A DNA stretch of 64,000 nucleotides from Candidatus Omnitrophota bacterium (GCA_028707125.1 JAQTUX010000001.1:13639-77638), one strand, 5' to 3'; shown: positions 42,966-53,753, numbered from the stretch's first letter. The notes: a model not told the origin generated them from the sequence alone. Numbers and translations: made by a program.

Positions 42966-45900
42966 TTCTTATGGCCTCCATTTCTCCTGATCCTGGCTTC
43001 GAATATGGCATACAACGTCGGAACGAACAGCATCGTAACCAGGGTAGACACGGTCAAGCCGCCGATCATCGTGATCCCCAGCGGCTGCCAGGTTTCAGAA
43101 CCCTCGCCTCTTGATAAAGCCAACGGCATAAGCCCCGCCAGAGTGGTAATGGTGGTCATTAAAACCGGCCTCAAGCGGTCCCTGCCTCCCCGCGTTACCG
43201 CCTGAAGCATTGAAAGGCCCCTAGCGCGCAGAATATTTATGTAGCTGATAAGCACTATGGCGTTATTAACCACGATGCCCATAAGCATAATGATGCCTAA
43301 AAAGGTGACCACGCTTAATGTCGTCCCGGTCACAAGAAATGCCAGGAATACTCCCGTAAAGGTAAAGGGCACGGCAAACATAACGATGAAAGGGTCTAAT
43401 AACGACTCAAACTGGGCGGCCATGATCATATACACAAGCACAAGGCCCAGGGCCAAAAGGAACGTTAAGTCACGGAACGCCTTCTTCTGCTCTTCTGCCT
43501 CCCCGCCGAAATTCAGCATTATGTCGGCGGGCAGGATCAGCTTCCGCAATTCCTTCTTTACGTCTTCTATGACTTTTCCCGCCGAGCGTTTATAGGTATT
43601 GCATTCTACCCTGACTACTCTTTCGCGGTTCTGGCGCTCGATATTGATGGGCCCGGCCGTCTCGTAGACCCTGGCAAAATTAGACAGGCGTATCTGCTTG
43701 CCGGTTACCAGAGAGACAAGCGAAAGGTTCTCTATATCTTCTATTTTTGAGCGCGACGACTCCTCCAACCGCACATAAATATCGTATGTCTCGCCCTTCT
43801 CGCGGTATTTTGTGGCGGTAGAGCCCTCAATAAATGTCTTAACGCTGCTTGCTACCGTGTTCATATTAAGGCCCAGTGCCGCCGCCTTTTCCCTGTCCAC
43901 CTCGATCCTCAACTCCGGGCGGCTTATATCCCGCGAGATGCTCGTATCAACAGCTCCGGGGACCTTCTCCATAACCCCTTTTATCTTCGCTGCCAACGCG
44001 TTGGTATCTTCAAAAGAGTGGCCGATGATCTCCAGCTGTATCGCCTTCCCGCCTGCCCCGGTGATCATCCTGCCGAGGGGGTTGCCGGTAGAGATATCGA
44101 CCTTTAACACCCCGGGAATGCGCCAGATCTCCTCCCTGAGCTTCTGTCCGACCTCAAATACCGAACGCCGTCTTTCTGTTTTCGGCACCAGCTTTGCCCC
44201 GCAAACCACAACGTGCGGCCCGGAGTCGCCCGCGCCCATTGCCCTGCCGCTGCCCGTGGTAGTGCCGGCCCTGGCATAAAAAAACTTCGCCTCGGGGACG
44301 CTCTTTTCCAGAATATCCTCGATCCTGCCGGCTACCTTATCCGTTTCTTCAAACCTCGTGCCCAAAGCAAGCTGAACGGTAATGCGCACGTCGCCGCTGT
44401 CCTCTTCGGGGATGAATTCATTGCCTATGAAACGGGTGGAAAACAGGCTCGTTATAAAGGCCGCCAGAAAACCGAAGATCACCAGTTTTTTATGGCCGAG
44501 GCACCAGGCAAGGCAGCGGCCGTAAAAATCTTCCCATGACTTGAACAATCTCTCTGAAAAATCATAAAGTTTGGCCAGCGCCCCGCTCTGTTTCCTCAAT
44601 CTCAGCAGTTTTGAACAAAGCATCGGCGAGAACGTGGCGGCGGTAAAAAGAGAAGCCAGGAGCGTTACGGTCACGATCATGGCCAATTCCCCGAACATGA
44701 TGCCGACGACGCCGGTGATAAAGAGCATCGGCAAAAATACGACCACTGTGGTAAAGGTAGAGGCGGCAATAGAGAGGAACATTTCGGAAGCGCCGAATAT
44801 CGCGGCCTCCTGAGGCCTGCGGCCTTTCTCCAAAGAGCGGTAAACGTTGTCCACTACCACGATGGCGTTATCCACCACCATACCGCAGGCGATCGCCAGC
44901 GAAGAAAGTCCGATGACGTTTATGGTCTTTCCGCTCAAGAAGAGATAGATAAAGGCGATCAGCAGCGAAAAAGGCAATGTCAAGGCGATGATGAGGCTGC
45001 CGAAAAACTGCCGCAGGAAGAACCATACCACCAGTATGACCAGGATAATGGCCAGCCAAAGCGCCGACTTGAGGTTCTGGAGAGAATTGATGATATCCTG
45101 CGAAGTATCAAATATGAGGAACATCTTTACGTCGGCGGGAAGCGTCTTTTGGAATTCCTTTAATTTATTCTTTATCCGCGCGGCCACCTCCACCGTATTG
45201 GTGCCGGTCTGCTTCTGCACCATCATCATCAGGCCCGGATGCCGGTTGATCCTCACGTTCATCGTTACTTCCTTGAAACTGTCCTCCACTTTGGCGACAT
45301 CCTTAAGATAAACGGACTTCCCGTCGCGCTTGCCGAGGATGACCAGGTTTATCTCTTCGGGCGAGGCGAACTCGCCGGGAAGGCGCAGGAGATAATCGCT
45401 TAATCCCGTCTTTATGCCTCCCATCGGCTGGGTGACATTCTCCTGCTTTAAGGCGTTCTGTATATCAAGCACGGAAAAACCGTAGCCCTCCAGCCGCTGC
45501 CTGTTTATCCAGATATTGATCTGCCGCTCCAGGCCGCCAAACAACTGCACGGTGCCCACGCCCGCAAGCTGCCTTAAGCTGTCGCCCACCCTTTTATCAA
45601 TCAGATCATACAGCCCGGCGTAGCTCTGCTCGGCGGTTATCCCCGTGAATATGATGGGAATATTGGCGGTGTTAAATTTATATATAAAAGGGTTGTCCAT
45701 CTCATCGGGGATATCCGGAAGGAAGCGCTTTGCCAGGTCAATGCGGTCGCGGATATCATTTGAGGCCTCATCGATGTTGGTCCCCCACTTGAATTTTATG
45801 CTGATCAAAGAGAGCCCTTCAAGAGAATTGGAAGTCATCTTTTCCAGGCCGGGGGTAGTAGAGAGCTGGTTCTCCAGCGGCTCGGTAACCTTTATCTCCA

Positions 45901-46075
45901 CGTCTTCGGGGCTGGCTCCGGAATAAGAAGACACCACCGTGATCACCGGCGGCTCGATCTCCGGCATCATATCTATGCCTAACCTTGACATACTGTAAAA
46001 GGCAACGACGAGGATCGCCGAAAAGATCATCAAATTTGTTACCGGCCTTTTTACGCCGAACTCAGGAAGCAACAT
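42962..46075 (-). CDS. RND-family efflux transporter permease (AcrB/CzcA family)
   Basis: 1037 aa with 12 TM helices and two large periplasmic loops, typical of RND pumps. Confidence 0.9.
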   Translation of the reverse strand: MLLPEFGVKRPVTNLMIFSAILVVAFYSMSRLGIDMMPEIEPPVITVVSSYSGASPEDVEIKVTEPLENQLSTTPGLEKMTSNSLEGLSLISIKFKWGTNIDEASNDIRDRIDLAKRFLPDIPDEMDNPFIYKFNTANIPIIFTGITAEQSYAGLYDLIDKRVGDSLRQLAGVGTVQLFGGLERQINIWINRQRLEGYGFSVLDIQNALKQENVTQPMGGIKTGLSDYLLRLPGEFASPEEINLVILGKRDGKSVYLKDVAKVEDSFKEVTMNVRINRHPGLMMMVQKQTGTNTVEVAARIKNKLKEFQKTLPADVKMFLIFDTSQDIINSLQNLKSALWLAIILVILVVWFFLRQFFGSLIIALTLPFSLLIAFIYLFLSGKTINVIGLSSLAIACGMVVDNAIVVVDNVYRSLEKGRRPQEAAIFGASEMFLSIAASTFTTVVVFLPMLFITGVVGIMFGELAMIVTVTLLASLFTAATFSPMLCSKLLRLRKQSGALAKLYDFSERLFKSWEDFYGRCLAWCLGHKKLVIFGFLAAFITSLFSTRFIGNEFIPEEDSGDVRITVQLALGTRFEETDKVAGRIEDILEKSVPEAKFFYARAGTTTGSGRAMGAGDSGPHVVVCGAKLVPKTERRRSVFEVGQKLREEIWRIPGVLKVDISTGNPLGRMITGAGGKAIQLEIIGHSFEDTNALAAKIKGVMEKVPGAVDTSISRDISRPELRIEVDREKAAALGLNMNTVASSVKTFIEGSTATKYREKGETYDIYVRLEESSRSKIEDIENLSLVSLVTGKQIRLSNFARVYETAGPINIERQNRERVVRVECNTYKRSAGKVIEDVKKELRKLILPADIMLNFGGEAEEQKKAFRDLTFLLALGLVLVYMIMAAQFESLLDPFIVMFAVPFTFTGVFLAFLVTGTTLSVVTFLGIIMLMGIVVNNAIVLISYINILRARGLSMLQAVTRGGRDRLRPVLMTTITTLAGLMPLALSRGEGSETWQPLGITMIGGLTVSTLVTMLFVPTLYAIFEARIRRNGGHKK

Positions 46076-46078
46076 ATT

Positions 46079-46948
46079 TTACTCCGTTTCCACGCTTACC
46101 TTAGCGTTCTCGTAGAGCCGCTGCTGGCCCATGATCACCACCAGGTCGCCCGGTTTTATTCCGTCGTCAACGGCATAATAGGGCCCCTGGCGGACGCCTA
46201 ACTTTACTTTCTTTAACAGAACTTTATTATCTTCTATCACATATATATAGGTATCCGGCTCCTTACCTACAACCGCCTCTTTTAAGATTACCGGCACATT
46301 TTTATATTCCTCAATAAACAAATTTACCTTGGCGAACATCCCGGGCTTAAGGAGCTGTCCCTCCTGATTATCTATGGTTATCTCAATGGGCGCGGTCCTG
46401 GTCTCCAGGTCAACCATCGGGCTGAACTTGGTCACCTTGCCGCTGAATTCCCTGTCAGGATAGGCGTCTACCTTGATCTTCGCTATCTTCCCCAGTGAGA
46501 CCCTCGGCAGGTATTTTTCCGGCAGGCCCAGATCAATAAGCATACTGTCCATATTGACCACCAGCGCTACCGGGTCTTGAGGACTTACGTTTGAGCCGAT
46601 GTCCACGTACACCCTGCCGACAACGCCGTCCAGAGGGCTTTCTACCGGCGCCTTCTCGAACTTCAGGCCGACCTCATCCCTGTCAATGTAGACGATCGCC
46701 TCTCCCTTGTTCACCGGGCTGTTATCCTCTTTGACCTTCCGCATTATCTTGCCGCCTACCTTGGGATAGACCAGCACTTCGTCTTCGGCCTTGATGTTGC
46801 CCACGTATTCCAGGGACTCAAACAGGTCGCGCAGCTCCACCTTCATTACCTTTACCGGGATGGCCTCTTCAGGCGCTGTCTCGGGCCCTTTCTGCGAGCA
46901 TCCCGCCAACATTAAAACGCAAAACAGCAAAATAACTAACGGTCTCAT
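46079..46948 (-). CDS. RND efflux periplasmic adaptor (membrane fusion protein, HlyD family)
   Basis: 289 aa with a lipoprotein signal (LAGCS) and biotinyl/lipoyl-like plus beta-barrel adaptor domains. Confidence 0.85.
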   Translation of the reverse strand: MRPLVILLFCVLMLAGCSQKGPETAPEEAIPVKVMKVELRDLFESLEYVGNIKAEDEVLVYPKVGGKIMRKVKEDNSPVNKGEAIVYIDRDEVGLKFEKAPVESPLDGVVGRVYVDIGSNVSPQDPVALVVNMDSMLIDLGLPEKYLPRVSLGKIAKIKVDAYPDREFSGKVTKFSPMVDLETRTAPIEITIDNQEGQLLKPGMFAKVNLFIEEYKNVPVILKEAVVGKEPDTYIYVIEDNKVLLKKVKLGVRQGPYYAVDDGIKPGDLVVIMGQQRLYENAKVSVETE

Positions 46949-48240
46949 CAGATACCCCCTGTTGCCTTGTCAAAACTCGCCTTGGCGATTATGTAGTCGT
47001 ATATCGCCTGTTTTTTATTAAAGGCGGTTATGTCGTATTTCACGGCGGAATCGTCCACGTCCAGGGCGCTGGCTATGCCCTCTTCATATTTTTCTTCCGC
47101 CGTTTCCAGATTATCCTTATATAAGGCCGTATCGGATTCTACCGCCTGGATCTTTGATATCGCGTCCTGTAAAGCAAGATAGGCGTTCCTTAATTCCAGC
47201 ACGATATCCTTAACGGCCTTTTCTTTGGTCAACTGCGTCTGTTTCAGGCCTATCAGCGCCTGCCCTACCCTGGCCTTTGCCGCCCAGCCGTCAAAGACCG
47301 GCCAGGAAAAAGTAAGCCCGATGATGTTGTAGTCCTGCCAGCCCTTTCCTGGACTGAAGGTCAAAGATGCGGTGGAACGGCTATAGTAATCCCAGGAGGC
47401 GTAAATCGAAGGCCGGTTATCCGCCTTGGCGATCTCTACCGCGTTTTTATCCGCCTTGAGCTGCGCTTCATACTGCCGTATCTCCGGCCTGGCGGAAATC
47501 GCCTTTAATAACGCCAGGTCATAAGCGATCTCTTGCGGTTCATAGCCGAACTCCGCGTCGGGCCTGATCCGGGCTTCCTTCTCTAAATATAGCAGATTTT
47601 TCAAAAGCTCCTCCGCTGCCTCCGCCTGATTAAGCGATGCCTCGTACTCCTGCCGGGCGCTGCTTAAAGACGCTTCCATATTAAGTATATCTGATTCTGA
47701 CGCCTGGCCGTTTTTATAGCGCTCTTTGGCCACGGCCAGATGCACCCTTATGTTCTCCAATATCTTTTGATTTACATAAGCGAATTCATCGGCTAAGGCC
47801 AGAGTATAAAATGACTTATTTATATCCAGCGCCAGCTCCAGCTTTTCTTTATCCAATAACGCCTGGGAGACCTCGAATTCGTTCTCTTTTTGTTTTATGG
47901 TATTGATCGTCTTGCCGCCTTTGTAGAGGTATTGCTTAAGAGTGGTTTGCGTGGTGGTCTGGGCTATGTCTTTGGCGTAATAACCCCGCGTATCGTTCCA
48001 TGTGCCGGTAAAACTTAACGCCGGCAGCAGTCCTGAACGCGCCTCAGCGATCTTTAGCTTCGCGTTTTCAACGTCCTGCGCTTTAAGGCGTATATCGCGG
48101 TTATCTCTTAAGGCGATGGCCAGCGCTTCATCCAGAGTCAAGACAATGGCCTTGCCCTCAGCGGCTGCCGCGGCCATACAGCGGGCGCTGCCGCAACAGA
48201 AGAATGTAAAAATCATATATAATATAATGTAATTGCGCAT
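46948..48240 (-). CDS. TolC-family outer-membrane efflux protein
   Basis: 430 aa with a signal peptide and two OEP repeats rich in coiled-coil. Confidence 0.8.
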   Translation of the reverse strand: MRNYIILYMIFTFFCCGSARCMAAAAAEGKAIVLTLDEALAIALRDNRDIRLKAQDVENAKLKIAEARSGLLPALSFTGTWNDTRGYYAKDIAQTTTQTTLKQYLYKGGKTINTIKQKENEFEVSQALLDKEKLELALDINKSFYTLALADEFAYVNQKILENIRVHLAVAKERYKNGQASESDILNMEASLSSARQEYEASLNQAEAAEELLKNLLYLEKEARIRPDAEFGYEPQEIAYDLALLKAISARPEIRQYEAQLKADKNAVEIAKADNRPSIYASWDYYSRSTASLTFSPGKGWQDYNIIGLTFSWPVFDGWAAKARVGQALIGLKQTQLTKEKAVKDIVLELRNAYLALQDAISKIQAVESDTALYKDNLETAEEKYEEGIASALDVDDSAVKYDITAFNKKQAIYDYIIAKASFDKATGGI

Positions 48241-48241
48241 T

Positions 48242-48691
48242 TTATTTTTCGCCGGCCTTCAAGTGGCTGTGTATCTTGGTCAGGATCTCAAGGTACTTGT
48301 CGCGGTCTGAAACGCTCAGATTGCCGAACGCCTCCATTATCATCCTTCGCCTTGCCTCGTTTATCCTTACAATAACGCCCTTGCCCTTCGGAGTAACGCT
48401 GACTTTGACTACGCGCCTGTCGTCGGGCAGGCTCTCGCGCGCGACAAGGCCTTCTCTTACCAGTTTATCTACAAGCCCTGTGGCCCCTGCCATGCTTACG
48501 GACAGGTCCTTGGCCAGTTCGCTCATGCGCATTGATTCCTCTTCTTTCAGGATATCAAGTATGATCGCCTGCGCGAAAGAGATATTCGCCGCTGCCAGCC
48601 ATTTTCTGTGCCTCTTCAGGAACTGGCGCATGACAGCCGGCAGGAGCCGGCAGACACCGTGGGAAAATTGGACGAGATCGTTGTCAGACAT
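48242..48691 (-). CDS. MarR-family transcriptional regulator
   Basis: 149 aa with the winged-HTH SMRMSELAKDLSVSMAGATGLVDKLVREGLVARESLPDDRRVVKV. Confidence 0.85.
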   Translation of the reverse strand: MSDNDLVQFSHGVCRLLPAVMRQFLKRHRKWLAAANISFAQAIILDILKEEESMRMSELAKDLSVSMAGATGLVDKLVREGLVARESLPDDRRVVKVSVTPKGKGVIVRINEARRRMIMEAFGNLSVSDRDKYLEILTKIHSHLKAGEK

Positions 48692-48699
48692 ATTTAATC

Positions 48700-48740
48700 T
48701 ACCTGATATTTAGGTTACTTAAATATTCACTAGATGAAGT
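48700..48740 (-). promoter_or_regulatory. Putative MarR operator/promoter (inverted repeat ATATTTAG-N5-TTAAATAT plus TATAAT)
   Basis: TGATATTTAGGTTACTTAAATATTCAC lies just upstream of the marR-like start; TATAAT is at 48750-48755. Confidence 0.3.
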
Positions 48741-48780
48741 ATAATATATCTTTGCCATCCTGTCAAGAAAAAATAAGGAG

Positions 48781-49293
48781 TTATTGAGCGGCCAGGCGCG
48801 TGAGGAATTTTATCTCGGCGTCAAGCAGCTGCTGGTTATGCTCTATGATAGTAATAAGATTAGGGGGGGCGTCGGGGGCGAGGGTGTTTTTAAGTTTCTG
48901 GAGCCCTCTTTCCAGGCGCTCCAGAAGTTTCAGGCGTATCTTTAAATAGCGCCGCCTTGGCTGCGGCGGTATATGGTTCAGGAAATACAGCGACAGGTCA
49001 ATGCTGAAATACGGCCTTTCGATCCTTAAGATGTTCTCCAGGAGCAGCCTGCTGAACTCCTCCCTGCCCCTGGAGGTGATCTTGTAGGTCTGCCTTGCCG
49101 GCCGCCTGCCTGCCTTGGTCAGGGCCTGCGTGACCAGGCCCCGGGACAGCATCTTTCGCAGAGGATAATATATGGAATCCGTGTCAAACCCCGCGAAAGT
49201 GGAAGAAACCTCCCGCATTATCTTCTTTAATTGATAGCCGTGTTTAGGGCCGTCGCTAAGAAGACCTAAGAAAAGCAATTCCTGTTCTTTCAT
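48781..49293 (-). CDS. PadR-family transcriptional regulator
   Basis: The N-terminal [49 protein letters not shown] is a PadR winged helix. Confidence 0.8.
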   Translation of the reverse strand: MKEQELLFLGLLSDGPKHGYQLKKIMREVSSTFAGFDTDSIYYPLRKMLSRGLVTQALTKAGRRPARQTYKITSRGREEFSRLLLENILRIERPYFSIDLSLYFLNHIPPQPRRRYLKIRLKLLERLERGLQKLKNTLAPDAPPNLITIIEHNQQLLDAEIKFLTRLAAQ

Positions 49294-50240
49294 TGCTGAA
49301 ATACGCCGATTTTTCTGAATTTATTGTAGCGCTTCTCCAGCAGTTCATCTATGGGGACTGCCTTGCATTCTTTTATATTGCGAAGCACCGCTTCCTTCAG
49401 GGCCCGCGCCATCTTTTCCGGCTCGCGGTGGGCGCCGCCTAACGGCTCCGGCACAATTTCATCTATGATGCCGCGCTGCTTAAGGTCTGCCGCGGTCAGC
49501 TTCAGCGCCTCGCAGGCATCCTGCGCGCGGCTTCCGCTTTTCCAGAGTATCGCGGCGCAGCCTTCAGGCGAGATCACCGAATAATAGGCGTTTTCCAGCA
49601 CGCCGATCCTGTCGGCAACGCCTATGCCTAAGGCGCCGCCTGAGCCGCCCTCCCCTATCACAAAGGCAACTATTGGCGTGGCGATCAGCGACATCTCCAT
49701 CATATTAAGGGCTATTGCCTGCGCCTGGCCGCGCTCTTCAGCCCCTATGCCCGGATACGCGCCCGGCGTATCAATAAATATCACGATGGGGATCTTGAAT
49801 TTTTCCGCCAGTTTCATAAGGCGGAGCGCCTTGCGGTAGCCCTCCGGATGCGCGCAGCCGAAGTTGCGCACCAGGTTCTCCTTTGTATCGCGCCCCTTCT
49901 GATGGCCTATGACCATGACCTTTTCGCCGTCTATCCTTGCCAGTCCGCCTACCATCGCCTTATCATCCGCGAATGAGCGCTCTCCGTGCAGCTGGACAAA
50001 ATCCGACATGATCGCGTTTATGTAATCAAGGGTATAGGGCCTCTGGGGATGGCGGGCAAGCTGCACTCTCTGCCAGGCGGTAAGGTTGGAATAGACCTCC
50101 TTCCTGAGTTGCTGCAGCCGGGTTTCCAGCCGTTTGATCTCGCTGGACAGGTCTATCTTCTTCTCGTCTGTAAATGAGACCAGTTCCTTGATCTTTCTTT
50201 CCAGCTCTAAAATGGGCTTCTCAAAATCAAGTCCGCTCAT
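49290..50240 (-). CDS. accA: Acetyl-CoA carboxylase carboxyltransferase subunit alpha
   Basis: 316 aa. [55 protein letters not shown] is the AccA signature. Confidence 0.9.
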   Translation of the reverse strand: MSGLDFEKPILELERKIKELVSFTDEKKIDLSSEIKRLETRLQQLRKEVYSNLTAWQRVQLARHPQRPYTLDYINAIMSDFVQLHGERSFADDKAMVGGLARIDGEKVMVIGHQKGRDTKENLVRNFGCAHPEGYRKALRLMKLAEKFKIPIVIFIDTPGAYPGIGAEERGQAQAIALNMMEMSLIATPIVAFVIGEGGSGGALGIGVADRIGVLENAYYSVISPEGCAAILWKSGSRAQDACEALKLTAADLKQRGIIDEIVPEPLGGAHREPEKMARALKEAVLRNIKECKAVPIDELLEKRYNKFRKIGVFQQ

Positions 50241-50244
50241 TTCT

Positions 50245-51054
50245 CTAATCTATGATGGTGACTTCCGTGCTCACGGGCACAATAGTGTAGAGTTCCTCTA
50301 CTTCCTGATTGGCCATACGCACGCAGCCCTGGGTGACCTGCTTGCCCAGGTTCTGCGGCTCGGTTGTGCCGTGTATGCCGTAACCGGCTAAATTAAAACC
50401 CAGCCAGCGGCTGCCTAAGATGTTCTCGGCGCTTTCAGGAGGGACGACCGCGCCTGCCTTAAACCAGGTAGGATTCATAAGCTTATTCACTATCTTGAAG
50501 GTGCCTACCGGGGTAGAGTTGTCCTTTCCGGTAGAGACAACATAGGTCTTTATTATTTCGTCTTTTATCTTCAGCATTAAGACGTTCTGGGACTTGTCCA
50601 CAAGGATGTTGAACGGCACATTTATGACTTTAAGCTTCTTCCCCGGGACGATCATGTCTCCCGTGATCCCGTTCATCTTCTTCAGCAGTTCAACCGTGGT
50701 ATTGTAGCCGGCGGCTATCTTCGTCAAGCTGTCCCCGGGTTTTACCTCGTACATAACGCTGTAGGGGCCGGGCTGATTAGAAAAAAGCAGCTGCGTATTT
50801 ATCGCTTCAACCTTCTTCTGCCAGGCGGATACCTCTTTTGAAGCGGGGTAATCGTTTATAAGCCGAGCGTAAACCGTCTTTGCCTCAAGCAGAGCGCCTT
50901 TTTCCTCCATGCCCTTGGCGCTGCTTATGAGCTGATTGAGGGAATCAGCGGCCTGCCGGGATTTATTGGCGCTGCCCAGCCCGCGCATTAAAAAAACGCC
51001 TGCGATCAAAGCCAGAATGACCGCCGCCGCCATAAATACTATTTGCTTTTTCAT
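50245..51054 (-). CDS. LysM-domain L,D-transpeptidase (YkuD family)
   Basis: It has a signal peptide, a LysM domain ([29 protein letters not shown]) and a YkuD catalytic region [20 protein letters not shown]. Confidence 0.85.
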   Translation of the reverse strand: MKKQIVFMAAAVILALIAGVFLMRGLGSANKSRQAADSLNQLISSAKGMEEKGALLEAKTVYARLINDYPASKEVSAWQKKVEAINTQLLFSNQPGPYSVMYEVKPGDSLTKIAAGYNTTVELLKKMNGITGDMIVPGKKLKVINVPFNILVDKSQNVLMLKIKDEIIKTYVVSTGKDNSTPVGTFKIVNKLMNPTWFKAGAVVPPESAENILGSRWLGFNLAGYGIHGTTEPQNLGKQVTQGCVRMANQEVEELYTIVPVSTEVTIID

Positions 51055-51062
51055 ATCTCTCC

Positions 51063-51509
51063 TTATCTGAATGCCAGCGCAGTTAATATGCCTATTATGG
51101 AGCCGATGATCACCTGCAGGGGCGTATGGCCGATCAGTTCCCAGAGGCGCTTCTCCTGGATCCTGCCCTTCCAGTATATATCCTCCATTACCTTATTCAG
51201 GATCTCTGCCTGCTTTCCTGCCGAACGCCTCACCCCTTGCGCGTCAAACATGGTTACAAAGGCAAAAACCGCTGCCAGCGCGAAAAGCCCTGATTCAAAC
51301 CCATATTCTATGCCTGTGATCACTGCCAGGGCAGACGCGCCTGAGGCATGGCTTGAGGGCATGCCGCCGGTGCCTACGAACCAGCGGAAATTGAATCTTT
51401 TCTCCCTGATTATACCCAGAGCAACCTTGGTCAGCTGGGCAACCACCCAGGCAATAATAGTGACCCTGAGCAGATTATTCTGCAAAAAACCCTGAAAGAA
51501 TCCCGGCAT
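51063..51509 (-). CDS. Divergent PAP2 (DUF212) membrane protein
   Basis: 148 aa. GGMPSSHASGASALAVITG matches the divergent PAP2 family. Confidence 0.8.
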   Translation of the reverse strand: MPGFFQGFLQNNLLRVTIIAWVVAQLTKVALGIIREKRFNFRWFVGTGGMPSSHASGASALAVITGIEYGFESGLFALAAVFAFVTMFDAQGVRRSAGKQAEILNKVMEDIYWKGRIQEKRLWELIGHTPLQVIIGSIIGILTALAFR

Positions 51510-51532
51510 AGTATCTAATTATAATAAATTTT

Positions 51533-51585
51533 TAAGTTTTTTGCAAGAATTTCCCTCACTTTTACGTCTTATATAGTAGAAGGAG
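51533..51585 (+). promoter_or_regulatory. Conserved promoter/leader cassette copy C upstream of spoVG
   Basis: TAAGTTTTTTGCAAGAATTTCCCTCACTTTTACGTCTTATATAGTAGAAGGAGGTGATAACGATG. Coordinates are approximate (+/-2 nt). Confidence 0.5.
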
Positions 51586-51861
51586 GTGATAACGATGAAT
51601 AGCCAGGATATTCAAGTAAAGCGGCTGCATAAGCTGGATAAGGCAGAGGGCAAGCTAAAGGGCTTTGTGGACATTGCCGTGCAAGGGGCGCTGCTGATCA
51701 AGGGGCTGCGCATTATGGACGGCAGGAACGGGCTGTTCGTGGGCATGCCCTGCGAGCAGGGCAAGAACGGCCAATGGTATCCCACTGTGCTGCCTTTAAA
51801 CAAGGAGGTCAAGCAGCAGATCAACGAATTGATATTGCAGGCGTATGAGGAACAGGTATAG
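51586..51861 (+). CDS. spoVG: Septation protein SpoVG
   Basis: IKGLRIMDGRNGLFVGMPCEQGKNGQWYPTVLP aligns with the SpoVG core ([30 protein letters not shown]). The likely true start is the ATG (MNSQDIQ...) 9 nt inside the listed GTG start. Confidence 0.85.
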   Translation: MITMNSQDIQVKRLHKLDKAEGKLKGFVDIAVQGALLIKGLRIMDGRNGLFVGMPCEQGKNGQWYPTVLPLNKEVKQQINELILQAYEEQV

Positions 51862-52201
51862 GCAGGACCTGGGCAGAAAAGGCGAGGATATCGCCGAAGG
51901 GTTTCTGCGCCGCAGGGGCTGCAAAATAATTGTCCGGAATTTTTCCTGCAGATCAGGAGAAATAGATATTATTGCCGGCCAGGGGAACACCACGGTATTT
52001 ATAGAGGTCAAAACCAGGTGCTCCGATGAGTTCGGGCTTCCCGAGGAATCGCTGACTCCGGACAAGATAAGCCGCCTGCGGCGCTCTGCCCAGTTCTATA
52101 TAAAAAACCACGCGGACCCTGAAGGCAATTTCAGGTTTGACGTTATCTCAATCACTTTAAGAGATAACTATGAGATCAGGCTGATCGAAGACGCATTTTA
52201 A
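51845..52201 (+). CDS. yraN: YraN-family (UPF0102) predicted endonuclease
   Basis: GEDIAEGFLRRRGCKIIVRNFSCRSGEIDIIAGQGNTTVFIEVKTR is the YraN signature. It overlaps spoVG by 17 nt. Confidence 0.8.
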   Translation: MRNRYRQDLGRKGEDIAEGFLRRRGCKIIVRNFSCRSGEIDIIAGQGNTTVFIEVKTRCSDEFGLPEESLTPDKISRLRRSAQFYIKNHADPEGNFRFDVISITLRDNYEIRLIEDAF

Positions 52202-52212
52202 AGGAGGGTGGT

Positions 52213-53745
52213 ATGTTAGCCAAGGTGATTTCCAGCACGGTCGTAGGGATAGAAGCGGAAGAGGTCGTTGTTGAGGTTGATGTTTCCGGCGGGCTGCCGG
52301 GTTTTTCCATTGTAGGGCTGCCTGATACGGCTGTGAAGGAGAGCATCAACAGGGTCAAGGCGGCGATCAAGAACTGCGGGTTTGAATTCCCCGGAAGAAA
52401 AATAACGGTCAACCTCGCTCCGGGAGATATCAAAAAACACGGCCCCAGCTTTGACCTGCCCATTGCCCTGGGGATCATGACCGCTACCGGGCAGATCCAT
52501 CCCGACTCTTTTCACGGCAAGGTGATCTGCGGCGAGCTGTCTTTAGACGGCAAGCTGCGGCCCATTGCCGGATCGCTCGCTCTTGCCTTGGCGTTTAAGA
52601 ATAAGCGCTTGAGCAACCTGTTACTGCCGCAAGACAACAGCGCTGAAGCGGCAATAGCGCGGGGAATAGAAGTCCTGCCGCTGGTTGACCTCAGGCAGGC
52701 CGTGGGCTTCCTGAGAAAGGAAGTAGAGATACTGCCTCAAAAAGTGGACCTGCGCCGGATATGGAAAGACAGCGGCCACTGTCATTTGGATATGAGCGAC
52801 GTTAAAGGCCAGACATACATTAAGAGAGCGCTTGAGATCGCCGCCTGCGGCAGGCACAACATTCTGATGATGGGCCCGGCAGGCAGCGGAAAGTCAATGC
52901 TGGCAAAACGCCTGCCCACGATCATGCCGGAAATGACTTTGGAAGAGGCGCTTGAGGCCACAAAGATCCATTCGGTAAGCGGCCTTTTGACCAACAAGGC
53001 GCCGATCGTAACTGAAAGGCCTTTTCGCGCGCCTCATCACACCATATCCGACGTGGCGCTGGTAGGCGGCGGCTCCATACCGCAGCCGGGAGAAATAAGC
53101 ATGGCGCATAACGGCGTGTTGTTCTTGGATGAGCTGCCTGAATTCCACAGGGACGCGCTGGAGGCGCTAAGGCAGCCGCTTGAGGACGGCGTGATCAGGA
53201 TCGCGCGGGTAAATAAATATATAGAGTTACCCTGCAATTTTATGCTGGTCTGCGCCATGAACCCCTGCCCCTGCGGACGGCTTGGCCAAAAAAGGCATCC
53301 CTGCAGCTGCTCAACCACTCAGGTATACCGCTACCGTTCCAAGATCTCCTCTCCGCTATTGGACAGGATAGATATCCATATAGACGTGAAACCGCTGAAA
53401 TACCCCGACCTGAAAAATAACGAGCCGTGCGAAAGCTCAAAGGATATAAAAATGAGGGTGAAACGCGCGCACAAGACCCAAAAGGCGCGCTTCAGGCGCG
53501 AAGGCATACTTTTCAATTCCGCCATGTCGTCAAGGCAGATCAAAAAATACTGTATTCTTGATGAAAATGCCGCCAATCTGCTGAGGGCGGCGATGGAAAA
53601 ATACGAGATTTCAGCGCGCGGCTATGACAAGATACTGAAGGTAGCCAGGACGATCGCGGACGCGTCCCAAAGCGGCGAAATAAGGGCGGAGCATCTTTCA
53701 GAGGCAATTCAATATAGAAGCTTAGATAGGGATGTCTTTGTCTAA
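52213..53745 (+). CDS. comM: Mg-chelatase-like AAA+ ATPase YifB/ComM
   Basis: 510 aa with an N-terminal Lon-like ChlI domain, Walker A GPAGSGKSM, Walker B VLFLDELPEF and a C-terminal Mg_chelatase_C. Confidence 0.9.
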   Translation: MLAKVISSTVVGIEAEEVVVEVDVSGGLPGFSIVGLPDTAVKESINRVKAAIKNCGFEFPGRKITVNLAPGDIKKHGPSFDLPIALGIMTATGQIHPDSFHGKVICGELSLDGKLRPIAGSLALALAFKNKRLSNLLLPQDNSAEAAIARGIEVLPLVDLRQAVGFLRKEVEILPQKVDLRRIWKDSGHCHLDMSDVKGQTYIKRALEIAACGRHNILMMGPAGSGKSMLAKRLPTIMPEMTLEEALEATKIHSVSGLLTNKAPIVTERPFRAPHHTISDVALVGGGSIPQPGEISMAHNGVLFLDELPEFHRDALEALRQPLEDGVIRIARVNKYIELPCNFMLVCAMNPCPCGRLGQKRHPCSCSTTQVYRYRSKISSPLLDRIDIHIDVKPLKYPDLKNNEPCESSKDIKMRVKRAHKTQKARFRREGILFNSAMSSRQIKKYCILDENAANLLRAAMEKYEISARGYDKILKVARTIADASQSGEIRAEHLSEAIQYRSLDRDVFV

Positions 53746-53753
53746 AAGAAAAC

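Noticed and set aside
49290-50240. Missing accD next to accA as a possible anomaly
   Set aside because: accA and accD are unlinked in many bacteria, so this is not informative within a 64-kb window.
51586-51594. GTG start for spoVG as listed in the ORF track
   Set aside because: An in-frame ATG 9 nt downstream (MNSQDIQ...) is preceded by AGGAGG at better spacing, so GTG is likely an ORF-finder artefact. There is a 1-nt discrepancy between my manual position count and the track in this region, so the track coordinates were kept.
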